From Octopus sinensis (taxonomy: Eukaryota), in the NCBI RefSeq assembly GCF_006345805.1, contig NC_042998.1, positions 171,802,001-171,866,000 on the forward strand: DNA of 64,000 nucleotides, read 5' to 3'. The notes below the pieces were generated by a model. It worked only from the letters and a program-made list of their open reading frames with translations. It made no database searches and had not been told where the DNA came from. Positions 46,993 through 59,430 of the stretch are shown in pieces. The stretch's first letter is position 1. Every line of letters starts with the position of its first letter. The position numbers and the translations under genes were made by a program.

Positions 46993-48193
46993 CAGGGTGT
47001 GTAAGATATTTGAAGACATAACTTTTTGGGGTCATTGCTGCTTTTTGCCGACTCTATAATATTTGTTTCAGAAAATAATAATGGCGGACCCTCAGCTTAC
47101 TCAAGAAATGAAGACGCATGCTGTTACAGTGGTTATAAAAGCTGAGCATAGCGATTTAGATGTATTCGATTTTTAAAAGTTGCCAGATCTTTTGCCTAAA
47201 AAGTTTATAAGGAGCTATAGACTGAAGATGGAAACAAATCACCATTATCAAAGCATAAAAAGCATTCTAAACGCTCTCAGAACACCTGAAGTTATCCAAC
47301 AAGTTCAACAGATCATTGATTACAATCCTAGAAAGTCCATGAGGTCCATTGCAAAAGATCTCCATGTGTCAGAAGGAACAGTCAGAAACATTGTCCTTGA
47401 AGACATCAGCTATAAGTCTTATATGATGAAGAAAGGTCAATTTGTCAGAAAAAGCAAAAGAAAATCCCTACATCAAATTTAAAAGGCTTTTAAACAAACT
47501 GAAAATTCCAGCAGAAAAAGATTTGATTTGGTTTTTCTCAAACGGGAAAACTTTGACCAAGATCAAAATATTAACAGAAGAAATGACAGATGGTTATGTG
47601 CAGACCCTTCTGAAGTTCCAAGTGTTATGCATACAAAATTTCCTGCAACTGTCATGATTTTAGGGGTTGTCAGCAATGAAGCAACTCTGCTGCTTACGTT
47701 GAGGTCCTAGAAATAATTATTAAGTCCTGGATAGACAGTGTATGCAATGGGAGGCCATATGTGTTTCGGTAAGACTCTGCACTATCGCACATGGCTCTAG
47801 TGACACATGGATGGATGCCTGAAAATTGTCATGATCACATAACCCCTAACATTTGGCCTCCTAGTTCCCCAGATCTCAATCCACTGGTCTATTATTTGTG
47901 GAGCATTGTTGAGAGAGAGGTGAATGGACATGCCCATAACAGCAAAAATTTTTTGAAAGCTGTCATAGTCAGAGTAATGTCCAGAATGAACCAGGACAAT
48001 TTGATTCAAGCATGTAGATGATTTAGTTCTCATATAGAAGCAGTAGTTGAAGCTGAAGGTGGCTTTATTGAATAACATTATAGAAAAGGTTTATTTTTAT
48101 CCTCATAGCATTTTTTGATAAATAAATTTATTATCTGTTATTATATATGTTTTTTATAAACATAAATCTGTCCTCAAATACCTTATGCACCCC

Positions 48194-48194
<1 letters not shown>
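46993..48194 (+). mobile_element. Tc1/mariner-superfamily transposon, maT (DD37D) family, inactive
   Basis: TIRs CAGGGTGTGTAAGATATTTGAAGACATA vs reverse complement of 48167-48194 (21/28); 5' TA. Transposase 47081-48075 with RRNDRW, TKFPATVMILGVVS, *DSALSH and WPPSSPDLNPLVY: 37 residues between D2 and the D3 position, D3 mutated to V. Frameshifts and an internal deletion. Confidence 0.92.
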
Positions 48195-48255
<61 letters not shown>

Positions 48256-48289
48256 TAACATACATATTTAAAATTATACATGCATATAT

Positions 48290-48523
48290 ATTTCTTTACA
48301 ACCCACAAGGAGCTAAACACAGAGGGGACAAACAAGGACCGACAAACGGATTAAGTCGATTACATCGACCCAAGTGCGTAACTGGTACTTAATTTATTGA
48401 CCCCGAAAGGATGAAAGGCAAAGTCGACCTTGGCAGAATTTGAACTCGGAACGTAACGACAGATGAAATACGGCTACGCATTTCGCCTGGCGCGCTAACG
48501 TTTCTGCCAGCTCACCGCCTATA
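48290..48523 (-). mobile_element. SINE family A monomer (tail A)
   Basis: Consensus match; TACATGCATATAT repeated on both flanks. Confidence 0.9.
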
Positions 48524-48586
48524 TACATGCATATATGTATGTGTATATATATATGCTTATATACATATTTAAAATTATACATGCAC

Positions 48587-48635
<49 letters not shown>

Positions 48636-49542
48636 CACACATACATACATACACACACACATATATATATAGATATATTTATATTCCAATACATAATTTA
48701 CACACACCCATGCACACACACACACATATCTTAAAGGGTTGTCTTCTCCTGCTTTTTTAAACCAGAATTAGTCATATAGAAAATTATTATCATTAAGGGT
48801 GTGACATTAACTTCTTGGCTTGGTATATCATATATACTGGCACCCACATTATTAGTTATTGATTGCCCTTGTCTTAAACAGAAATTGTCATCATTATCAT
48901 CATCACCATGAAGAACATAATTACCATCATCAACATAATCAACATCATCATCAACATCATTCTAATGACGGTCATAAACACAAATCTTTCCTATTAGAAA
49001 CTCGGCAAAAAGCTGAAGAATTCTGTCACTAGTGTAACATGATTGTTTTGAGAAAGTATGACCTGTTTCTTTCCTTGTTTGAAAAGTTGACTGTTTCTAC
49101 ATGCAAACAATGTGATAAAGAGATTAGTAAACAGCATGAAAAACTAAAAGTAGATTTGACCTAATTTCAATACTCAAACAACGAAGAATACATGTATGAA
49201 AACAAGAATACTCCAAGAGAATTCTCCATTTAGTTTTCTATGATTTTGATATTCTTGAGTAATTTTGGGTTTGGAACGCATATAGAATTTACAAATGTTC
49301 TTTTTTTTTTCTTTCTAAAATACGAACTACATACATATAAATAATTAACAAATTTCTTCAATATTAATTCTTACCTTCATAAGGGTAAGAAAATGCATTA
49401 TTAAAATAGAAATAAAACTTATAGCTGAAATTTTTTTCATGTGTTTGTGTATTTTTTTGTTTTGTTTTGTGTTGATTTTATTTGCTTTGTCATGAAAATG
49501 ACATTTCCTTTGTAGGCAGAGTGAAAATATATTTAGAGCCAA

Positions 49543-50359
49543 CTTGCAGCATAGCCCGGCGTTGCCTGGGTATGTAAGAGCCCCTAGTAGGCAACGACTA
49601 ATCCCAATCCAGTCCTTTCCCTCTAGGGAACGAAGGCGCATGTGTAAGTTGCAATGTCTTCTCTTCACTCGAATACTTCTGTGTATACGATGTTCCTAGC
49701 TGTCCCTTTGGGCGAAAACATGAAAACATCATTGCGCCTCCCATGAGAGTTAAAAAGGTCGAGTTGCGTCCCCTAGACAGTCTGTGGTTTGTGTTTAATA
49801 CACAAATCGGTTTGCTATGTGTGCCACATATGATTTAATTCCAGTAATAAAGTATCCTATTGGAATAAAAAGGGCCATATAGCTCCTTGGAGCAGACATG
49901 ATGCTAGCTGTGAATTTAAAAAAAAATTCCTGCCAATTTGTGAAAGATATTGTCGAAAATATGTCATCTTGAATTTGAACGCGATTTCCCAAAATGGCAT
50001 GATTTTATCGATTTTTTCTGATGGTAAGGTATTGCATGGAAAACTAACGTCAGAATTAAGTTTCTTAGGGTAACATTAAGCTTCACCATGAGTTTGGTGA
50101 AAATCGATTGCAAGTTGCGAAAACTACAACAGAAAATGTGTTGCATATAAAAAGCTTAGATTCTCGACCCCATGTCGAATTTATCGATTTTTTTCACAAC
50201 TGGGGGAACTTTTCAAAATTTTTGCTGCGTTAGTTTTGAATTATGACATTGGGCTATGTGTGTCAAGTTTCTTCAGAATCGGTTGAAAGCCGTGATCAGG
50301 GTGAGGGTACAACCTCACAGACACACAGACAGACAAACTGCCGTTTATATATAGAGAGA
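49543..50359 (-). mobile_element. Non-autonomous Helitron-like element
   Basis: Minus strand starts A|TCTCTCTATATATAAAC with internal (TGTC)n; ends CCCAGGCAACGCCGGG-CTATGCTGCAAG|T (CTAG mutated to CAAG). Confidence 0.75.
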
Positions 50360-51104
50360 TGGTTGCTAGATGCAGAAGAATTATTAGCCTAATCTCCTTC
50401 AAATCAAATGCACACAAACACACACACACAAATAACATGTATAAGACAATACAGGATTAATTCAAAACAATATGAGTAAATAAGATTTGAACATTAAAGG
50501 GTTAAATATTCCATCCCTCTTGCATTTATTGGTAATCAATTGCATATATTGGTATTCTTATGAACCCTCTTTCACATCTTAGAGATAGACAGATCCATTA
50601 GTTATCACTCTACTGATATAAAAAGTGATGATGGTTGGTATCCTCTTGCTAGTAATCTTTCTATTGCAATCGCAAAATCTTAACAAGCTAGCAATTTTCT
50701 TCAGTTGTTAACAGAAATTATGAGAATGACCATAATCATCATATTAAGCAGATGAGACAATAATGTGTTTCTATATTTCTCTTTTTAGTTTTGGTAGTCT
50801 TACTCTGGAAGAAATAAGTCTCCATTTATTAATAATTGACAACTTACTTTCTATCCTTATTTTAAATGCTATGACACTGACACAGAACATCCATTATTAA
50901 TTATTTCTTTCATAATAACTTTTAAATGTTGATAAAAACAATATTAAAAAGATTATGTGACATGTTGATATCATCTAAGAAATGAAACTGAGCCAAAGAG
51001 TAAACAATGCACTAGAGATAGGGAAACCTTTGAGCAGAGGAAGAGGTGAATTGCAAGTGCATAAGGTCCTGGGGAAGGGCGTATCTGTGTGTTGAGAAAT
51101 ATTG

Positions 51105-51318
51105 GTTTTAAATGTTGGCACAAGGCCAACAAGTTCAGGGAAGGGGATAAGTTGATTACATGGGCTCCAGTGTTCGATTGATACTTATTTTATTGCCCTC
51201 AAAATGATGAAAGGCAAAGTCAACCCCAGTGACATATGAACTCAAAATATAAAGTCAGATGAAACACCGTTAAGCATTTTGCCTGGCATGCTAATTATTC
51301 TGCCAGCTCGCTGCCTTC
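51105..51318 (-). mobile_element. Old SINE family A monomer (tail B)
   Basis: Degenerate consensus match. Confidence 0.8.
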
Positions 51319-52954
51319 TGTGTTGCGAAATATACTCAATCTTTAAAAATTTTACAAATTCAGTAATAGACTTAAGTGAATAGACTTAACCTCTCTGCAC
51401 TTCATCTTCCCACAATTACCTCAATCTGCTAGAAATAGAAGCCAAATCTAATAAGAAAAATTAATGTTTTAAAAGAGAAATGAAACATTGAATAATGTCG
51501 GTCTGGATATACAAAACATTCAGGTTGGTCATGGTTGGAGCATCTGTGATTATAAGTCTATTGAATCAAGGATAGCTTGGGACTCAACAGCAACAGTTAA
51601 CCAACATTATAATATATAACATTAATTGCTAATTAATTTTATTTTTTATATAAATTTTCTTCAAAATAATATGTACACACACCATTTGCGTGTAACAAAA
51701 TACAAGTGATAATTTTTACCAATGGAACTCCATCATAGCCACAGCCCATGGCCTAGAAGAGATGAAAGAATAAAAGAGTATACATGAAAAAGATAAAAGT
51801 GAATATTCCAAAAATTCCTAATAGAGCAATAAAACTTTCAGTTAACAGAGGAAACTTGTAGAAAATAGAGTGGTGAGAGTTTTTAATAAGTATTGTGGTG
51901 TTTATATATTTCAATACTGGGATATAGACATAAGCAAGATAGGTTTGAAAATATGTAGCTTGTCATGTAAGCAAAGAAGGTTCAAAACTAGAGTTATTTG
52001 GTCACAGTAGCAATGTTGTCAGAGTAATACTACTGCCATCTGGTTACAACGCAGTTATTTTAAATGCGGTGTCATGGTAACAATGGATAGTCGCTGTGAA
52101 ATATATATAACTTTTTTTGTGTTAAACTAAATTCTAGGAATGTCCCAAAAATGACTAATTTTTCTCCATTCTAGTTATGTAAGTAGGATTCCATAGTTGA
52201 TCAGCTTTTTAATATCATGTTAACAGTTAAAAGTAAGCAGTTGGTAACAAGTGAAATAGTGAGACTCGAATAAATAGTTAAATATCTTCCAGCACATGAG
52301 GTTTCCAACAAAGACTAGAGATATAGAGGAAAATTCATCAAGTTAAAGAGAGTGGAGAAGGCCTTTTCCAAAACGTAACCGACATCTAAATGCTGCTTTT
52401 TATCTCTTTCATGTTATAAGTTAGAAAGGGATTATTTATAAATACAGTAAAAGTCAATATTGAGAGAAATAATAGTTAAGGCATAAGCACTTTTTAAAAG
52501 TATTCTATATAATTTGCATTTCAAGCAATTAGGAGGTGAGTAAACTTAATAAATGACTGTATATTTGAAGAGAGGTTATTTATAAGTGTTTGTAGCTTGT
52601 GGATGTAAAGTAAAGAGAATATCATGAACTTCTACATTGATATGGTGAGGTCTTTGTTGACACAGAAACTAGAGTTCACCGAATGAAATTGAATTTCTAC
52701 TTAAGAATGGAAGTGATATGTTTGTTAAGTTGAAAACAAAAGCTAATTTTCAGTGCAGTAAGATATACTTAAGATATTGCAACAACTTTGATAGAAAGAA
52801 TAAAACAAAAAATTATAATTTTTATATATAACACTGTAGCAATCTACTACCAATTAACCTATTCAAAAGTTTGGAAGTTGAACTAAGCAGGATTTGAACA
52901 AATACTGCTTGATACAAAATAATTTTTGATGCTTTGATTTAATATCCATCTATC

Positions 52955-53170
52955 CATCATCATCATCCTCATTGCCATCTTAACATCCACTTGCATGGGT
53001 TAGATGAACTTTGTTAAGATGGATTTTCTGTGCCAGATGCCTTCCTGTTTCTAATCTTCAGCTATTTCCAAGCAAGGTAATATTTCCACTCATCCTTTGA
53101 ACATGAGCAGTGCAAAACCTGAATGTGTTTTCACTGAAGATTGGAAACAAGTGACTTGTATGAAAACTAT
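52955..53170 (-). mobile_element. Old RTE-tail-related dispersed repeat
   Basis: (CAT)n..AACATCCAC.TGCATGGG..GATGCCTTCC, similar to the family F terminus but with a different interior. Confidence 0.55.
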
Positions 53171-53629
53171 TATATAGTCTGAAAACAATGAGTCTGTCTG
53201 TCTGTCTGTCTCTCTTTCTCATATGCACACAGAGGAAATTCTATATGCTGATGATCCAGGATTTATAAGAGATTGTGAAAAACTTAGAGAAGAAATTCAA
53301 GACTTGAAATATCTTCTTTAAGAAATAAAATGCAACTTCTCAGCAAAGAATAAAATTCAAGAAGTAGAAAAAATGGAATACTGCAGCCAATGTAGAAACA
53401 GTAGTATTTGATATGCAGAATGGAGTGGTAGAAATTCCTAATGATGTTATCAGTGTAATCAATATATGGGTGTAAAAGTGGTGCAGTAGGATCAAAGGCA
53501 ATGAAAGACGACAGTGAATAAAGTATCTGTGGTAGGTATACAGGAGTAGTCAGCAGTAAGAGCTGCAGTAAATTAAATTCCTTCAATGTTTGGAAATCTC
53601 TATATAAACTGTTGATAGCTTCTGTTATC

Positions 53630-53980
53630 TAGGTTCCTAGTGGAAGAGATTATTCTGAGATCATGCAAAACAGGAAAAGAATGAAAAAGTCCAGGAAACT
53701 TTTCTCCTTGTTAATTATCTCTTCTGGGCAATTACAATGTTTTGTGGATGAACATTGATGCTATATACTAGTGAGACAGGAGTGTTGAATGCAGGGAATA
53801 TATGAAAGCTGGAAAGAAATGGAGCAAGTATGTCCCACTGGATGTTTAATTGCAGTTTATATGAACAATATAGCTCAGATGAGCTGAAAGAAAATTGGTT
53901 ATAAGAGGAATCACATGAAATGTGTAAAAGAGATGATTGTCTTGGTACAGGCATGTAATGACTAATGAAAGCTAGGTCAA
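53630..53980 (+). mobile_element. Old RTE family F ORF relic
   Basis: MLYTSET.VLNA..LERNGASMSHWM..ELKE..IRGI across frameshifts. Confidence 0.65.
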
Positions 53981-54429
53981 AAATTGGGTCTTTGCTTTAC
54001 AAATTATATGGAATTCATCCATAATGTGAAAGTGCCATCAACATTAGTTTCAGATCATAGTATAGCAGGGTTGTCAAAGGAGGCTGCAGATATGCAACCC
54101 ATACATAATAAGCACCCTCACTCTCCAATCTGAACTTCGACAAAGCAAAGTGGAAACTTATACAGAAAGAGATCTTTGAACACACTTGGCATAAATGTCT
54201 CGCTCTCTACACCTGACATTAACATAAAACCTAAATTATTGATGTCAGTAATGTTAGCCATTTGCATAAAATTTGTGCCACTGAAAGAAAAGCCAGCCTG
54301 CACACAAATCTCTCAGGGAAAGAAAAGTTCTTATGAGATAAAGAATGAAGAAGGACCACTTTGCCAAGAAAATAACTCCCTAACAGCAAATCTTCAAAAG
54401 CACTATATTGAATGAGCAATTCTAAAGTA

Positions 54430-54940
54430 CAGGGTTATTCAAAAAGAATGAACCGGTTTCATTATGGAATATTTTAATAAGAAAAAGCAATAGAAAACTC
54501 CAGCTAAGTCACAAGTATTTACTCAAAATCAACTTTTATTTCCTGTCTTACAAGAGTTCAATGTGGCCACCAACTGCAGCACGGCAACATCAATGTGATA
54601 AGAGAATTCCTCCCAGACGTGTATCAGCATATCAAAAGCAAGTTCATTATGAAACTAAAGAATAAATTTGCTTTACTTGAGGTGATTTCAGAAGATATTG
54701 ACATAGAAGGGAAATGGAAAAACTTCGATAAAGCATTCAACCAGACAGCCAAAGAAGTACTCAGTGGATCGTGATATACTGATGCATGTGTTCAATGTGG
54801 TGGCCACATTGAACACATGTAAGACAGAAAATAAAAGTTGATTGTGAGTAAATACTTGTGACTTTGCTAGAGTTTTCTATTGCTTTTTCTTATTAAAATA
54901 TTGCAAAATGAAATCAGTTTATTCTTTTTGAATAACCCTG
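54430..54940. mobile_element. Fold-back element: two mariner/Tc1 3' ends around an RTE fragment
   Basis: TA|CAGGGTTATTCAAAAAGAAT...ATTCTTTTTGAATAACCCTG|TA; arms 54430-54633 and 54773-54940; arms encode DMLIHVWEEFSYHIDV..GGHIELL*. Confidence 0.85.
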
Positions 54941-55329
54941 TATTTTCACCTTCCCTCTGGGACATATGCAAGTGATCAGACCAAATAAGTCCTTTGCCAT
55001 TGTAGCTGCACATAGGGAGCAGTGGCATATGGTGGTTGTTTGTGTTGGGTGTTCTGCCACACCCAATGCCACCAAATTACAAGCAGGGGTGTAACAAAAG
55101 TTTTCCATTAAGATTTGTGATTCAATTAATGAGTAAGGTTAATATTCATAATGAATTTTCTATTTTTGATGGGTGTTCAGTGCATACCTAGTACACCCAG
55201 AATATACAGAATATACACCTGATTGGCAGGCAGCAATGATCAGTTACATCGATTTAAGAGAAAATGTGATAATAATGGCTATAGATGAAATTTACCAATG
55301 AACACAAATACTGGTCTTGATAATCAACA

Positions 55330-55910
55330 TCACCATTGCCAGTAATCCATCTAAAAACATGTAAAAGAGCCATAGCAAAGCTACTGTAGACTTTCTTCAG
55401 AGCTTTCTTGCAAGTGACAAGCATCCAAGCAAGCATTAAAGGAAGGCATAATATACCCCATTCATAAAGGTTCAGCAGAGCAGATGCTAAAAATAGTAGG
55501 CACATCTCTTTCTCTCAGACCTTATGTATCAGTAAGGTCACATAATGAATTGTCAGAAGACTAATATCATTCCTTTAAGAAAATGACTTGTTAACACCCA
55601 ATATAGTTTTCAATCTGGAAGAAGCTACCTTACACAGCTCCTACAGCACTATGACTGGGTGATAAAACAGTTACTCAATCACTCCAATATATCTTGTGAT
55701 AACCTTGATTTTGTAAAGTCAATTATGACATGATACATCACAAACTGTGTGATCTCAGTATAGCGTAAAAACTTGATGAGAAACTACATTACTTTTTTTA
55801 AAAACAGATTAAGGCAGTAGGTGGTAATGAGACTTATCCCCTAGGAAACAATAATAGAGAGTGGAATCCCACAGGGTATCGTTTTGGGGCTATTGCTGTT
55901 GTTGGTGACT
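55330..55910 (+). mobile_element. CR1-clade LINE reverse transcriptase relic
   Basis: KEGIIYPIHKG, QYSFQSGRSYLTQLLQHYDWV, NLDFVK, SGIPQGIVLG across frameshifts. Confidence 0.85.
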
Positions 55911-56099
55911 CTTTGGAACAGTCACATACTAGCTATGTAGTTGACTTAAAAATATCACAAGTGATTAATAACCCAAGAGTATACTCAATGTGTACACATG
56001 TTTGTATATATGTATGTATTCTCTTTCTCTTTTTAATTTAGAATAAACTTTCACTTGGCACCTACTTAGTAGCTAGGTCATGAAGAAAAGCTTCTTGTT

Positions 56100-56440
56100 T
56101 TAATCATCATCCTTTCAATCTTAAAGTCTTGCTGATTTTATAGTCCTCGATATTGTGATCATCTGTTGTGTATGAATTAAGGATTTGTGTATGAATTAAG
56201 GATATAGTAAGTTCAGCCAAACTTTGCTCCAGACAGGTTGGTCTGCAACCTGTTGCTCCAATAATAACAGATATGAAGCTGAAAATGTATCTTGGGTACA
56301 GGATTTGCAAACTCATTATCAATGGTCCATAGATGTCCTCTTTCTCTTGTATTTTTCTAACCACATTTGTGTGCAGAGGGCAGCTGATTTCTGCAACAGA
56401 ACATATCTTTCCCTTGTGGTCTCACACAACGATATCTGAC
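56100..56440 (-). mobile_element. RLE-type LINE C-terminal relic
   Basis: DIVV*DHKGKICSVAEISCPLHTNVVRKIQEKEDIYGPLIMSLQILYPRYIFSFISVIIGATG, a PD-(D/E)XK endonuclease pattern. Confidence 0.75.
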
Positions 56441-56556
56441 TAGTTGTGTTCTAACTTTGTGGCTGTTTTAACTTTTAAGTTCCACTAGAATTCTTTTGAC
56501 TCATCACTCTCAGAGTCAACTTCGTTTGTGGGTGTTTTCTTTTTTGTTATCCTATG

Positions 56557-56680
56557 TATGTAGTATGTATGTATGTATGTATGTATGTATGTATGCATGC
56601 ATGCATTATGTGTTTGTGTGCATGCATGTGTGTGTGTGCATGCATGTGTGTGTGTGCATGCATGTGTGTGTGTGCATGCA

Positions 56681-56716
<36 letters not shown>
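56557..56716. repeat. (TATG)n, 18-bp CATGCATG(TG)5 repeats, (GA)n
   Basis: Direct reading. Confidence 0.93.
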
Positions 56717-56877
56717 CGAGCATATAACACTGAGTAAAAGTTGGTGACATCTAGTTCTCTCATAAACAAATGCTCTGGAGCTCGACAACAAGTGGTGCAA
56801 TGAAAAATACCATAAGTGGAAAACATTTGAATTTTGGTGACAAGAACTTTCACTTGACCCATGCCAGTTTGAGAAAA

Positions 56878-57085
56878 TCTTCATCATCATCATCATCGTT
56901 TAACGTCCGTTTTCCATGCTAGCATGGGTTGGACGGTTCGACCGGGATCTGGGAAGCCAGGAGGCTGCACCAGGCCCAGTCTGATCTGGCAATGTTGCTA
57001 CAGCTGGATGCCCTTTCTAACGCCAACCACTCCGTGAGTGTTGTGGGTGTTTTTTACGTGCCACCGGCACAGGTGCCAGGGGAGG
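56878..57085 (-). mobile_element. RTE family F 3' UTR fragment
   Basis: (CAT)n-CGTTTAACGTCCG..CCATGCTAGCATGG. Confidence 0.9.
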
Positions 57086-57099
57086 GATGTAAAAACTTT

Positions 57100-57190
57100 G
57101 ATGATGGTGATGATGATGATCATCATCATGATTGTTATGACGACGATGATCATGATGATCATGATAATGGTAGTGATAAAGATGATATGT
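57100..57190. repeat. Degenerate (GAT)/(CAT) trinucleotide tract
   Basis: Direct reading. Confidence 0.9.
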
Positions 57191-57409
57191 CTGAATCGTA
57201 CGTTTTGCTGAATTGCTTTTGATGTCAATTATGAAGCCTCATATCATCCGTACATTCGCAGTTAGTCAACAGAATCATCACAGCTACTTGATCAATGATC
57301 AGAGGAGAATGCGAATAAAAACATTTTTGCTTTTTGTTACACATTCTAACTGTTTCCATTAATTTACATTTCTCTTTCTTTCTCAACTTATCTTTCTCTT
57401 TGTTATGTG

Positions 57410-57441
57410 TGTGCATGTGTGTGTGTGTGTGTGTATGTGTG

Positions 57442-57489
<48 letters not shown>

Positions 57490-57516
57490 TGTGTGCGTGT
57501 GTGTGTGTGTGTGTGT
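57410..57516. repeat. (TG)n microsatellite
   Basis: Direct reading. Confidence 0.95.
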
Positions 57517-58256
57517 TAGCTTACCATGATTTCTAAGGCTTTAACTGGAGCATCTTTGATATTGTGCTATTACGATTTTGATACGTCACACACTCTATGG
57601 ATCTCTGCTAGCGCTAGGCTAAAACTGAGCTATGTATGATATGAGTATGTTTGTATCTGACTCGGGTACGACAGCGTTAGGGCTCCTTGCTGATTTCAGC
57701 ATTTTTAGCTTTTCCTTCCTAGAACTCAAGTCTTCATGAACAACTGAGACATTCTGAGAAATTTCAATGTCAAATGGGAAAAATTTATTAACTGGACGAG
57801 ACACAGGGACGTATGGTAAGCACGCTTGTGCGCGCGCACGCACACATACACACACACACACACGTTTAGTGTTACGAGAGGGTACATCATAATTAGCCTT
57901 TAGCGTAGTGTTTTTTTTTTGTTTTTTTTTAACCAAAGCATTCAACAAGTGTTCTCATAAATTATGAATTGTTTTGGCTCACAACATCCAGTTTATATAT
58001 AGACTGGTGAAAGAATAAAACAGAGTTAACTTTTGTTATACGATATAACGAGAAAATATGTGCGATCTCACCTTATATATTTGTAACACTCCCGCCCGCA
58101 CGCACATATACACATTCCTTCCGTTTGAAATCATTTGATGTGATAAATTCTCATCACATTACTTCTCGCACCTCTGGCTTGAAGTTTCACATTTGTCAAT
58201 TTTCTTATTGACAAACTTAATGTACAGTATCAACTTCAATGTTTTCTTTTACACAG

Positions 58257-58307
58257 GTGCCTCTTCAAATTGATTTTTCTATTCTTTTTCCTTCTGTACG
58301 CTTGAAA
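58257..58307 (+). other. Candidate spliced exon (51 nt)
   Basis: Acceptor GTTTTCTTTTACACAG and donor AAA|GTAAGT; product not recognisable. Confidence 0.3.
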
Positions 58308-58671
58308 GTAAGTCATGCTATGACAGAAATATCAAGTTTGCCGAGCAAACCGCAGTTAGTATATTAATGTGGTAGTTCTGTTCAAGAGAATATGCTGTTT
58401 CATAAAACAAATAAATAAGTAAATAATATGTTCGTCTAAAATTGCTACTTAGTATAAAACTTCTAACAGAGTGACCTGATAAACGAGAAAACTTGTTTTA
58501 AAAAATGTAGTACAAAATTTATTACAGACACGTGCTTGGCTTTCGCAAAAAAAAAATGTTTTAACAGACTATCCACCGGTAAAACACGCAAGCTTTTTTT
58601 CTTTTTTCTTTTTTGTTTTTAGTAATCATGGAAACCGCCTTTCGGTAACTGAGGCCCCATATACTACAAAT

Positions 58672-59048
58672 GGATGGAAGCACTCCGTCGGTTACGACGA
58701 CGAGGGTTCCGGTTGATCCGAATCAACGGAACAGCCTGCTCGTGAAATTAACGTGTAAGTGGCTGAGCACTCCACAGACACGTGTACCCTTAACGTAGTT
58801 CTCGGGGATATTCAGCGTGACCCTGTTGTACCCTTTGAAATACAGGTACAACAGAAACAGGAAGTAAGAGTGAGAGAAAGTTGTGGTGAAAGAGTACAGC
58901 AGGGATCACCACCATCCCCTGCCGGAGCCTCGTGGAGCTTTAGGTGTTTTCGCTCAATAAACACTCACAACGCCCGGTCTGGGAATCGAAACCGCGATCC
59001 TATGACCGCGAGTCCGCTGCCCTAACCACTGGGCCATTGCGCCTCCAC
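58672..59048 (-). mobile_element. SINE family B, full length
   Basis: 11-bp TSD ATACTACAAAT at 58661-58671 and 59049-59059. Confidence 0.92.
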
Positions 59049-59253
59049 ATACTACAAATATTGACTGAAAGAGTCCTTAAAATATAGTTGATTACAACAG
59101 GTACTGTGCTGGAATGTTGAATTGCTTATTGCGGCCGATAAATTAAGCTTCCGTATATTAATTATCAGCAATCATTTTCGATTAATTACTGTGATCAGCA
59201 GCTTTTATCGATTAAAATGGAAAATCTCGTGCCTTGACTCCAATAATTACCAG

Positions 59254-59430
59254 AGTGGAGGCGCAATGGTCCAGTGGTTAGGGCAACGGACTCGCGGTCT
59301 TAAGAACGCGGTTTCGAGTGTTTATTGAGCAAAAACACCTAAGCGCCACGAGGGTCCGGCGGGTGGTGGTGGTGAACCCCGCTGTACTCTTTCACCACAG
59401 CTTTCTCTCACTCTTTCTTCCTACTTCTGC
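59254..59430 (+). mobile_element. SINE family B 5' part
   Basis: GGAGGCGCAATGGTCCAGTGGTTAGGG head and body match. Confidence 0.85.

Noticed and set aside
56485-56896. His/Thr/Cys-rich ORFs
   Set aside because: Microsatellite translations.
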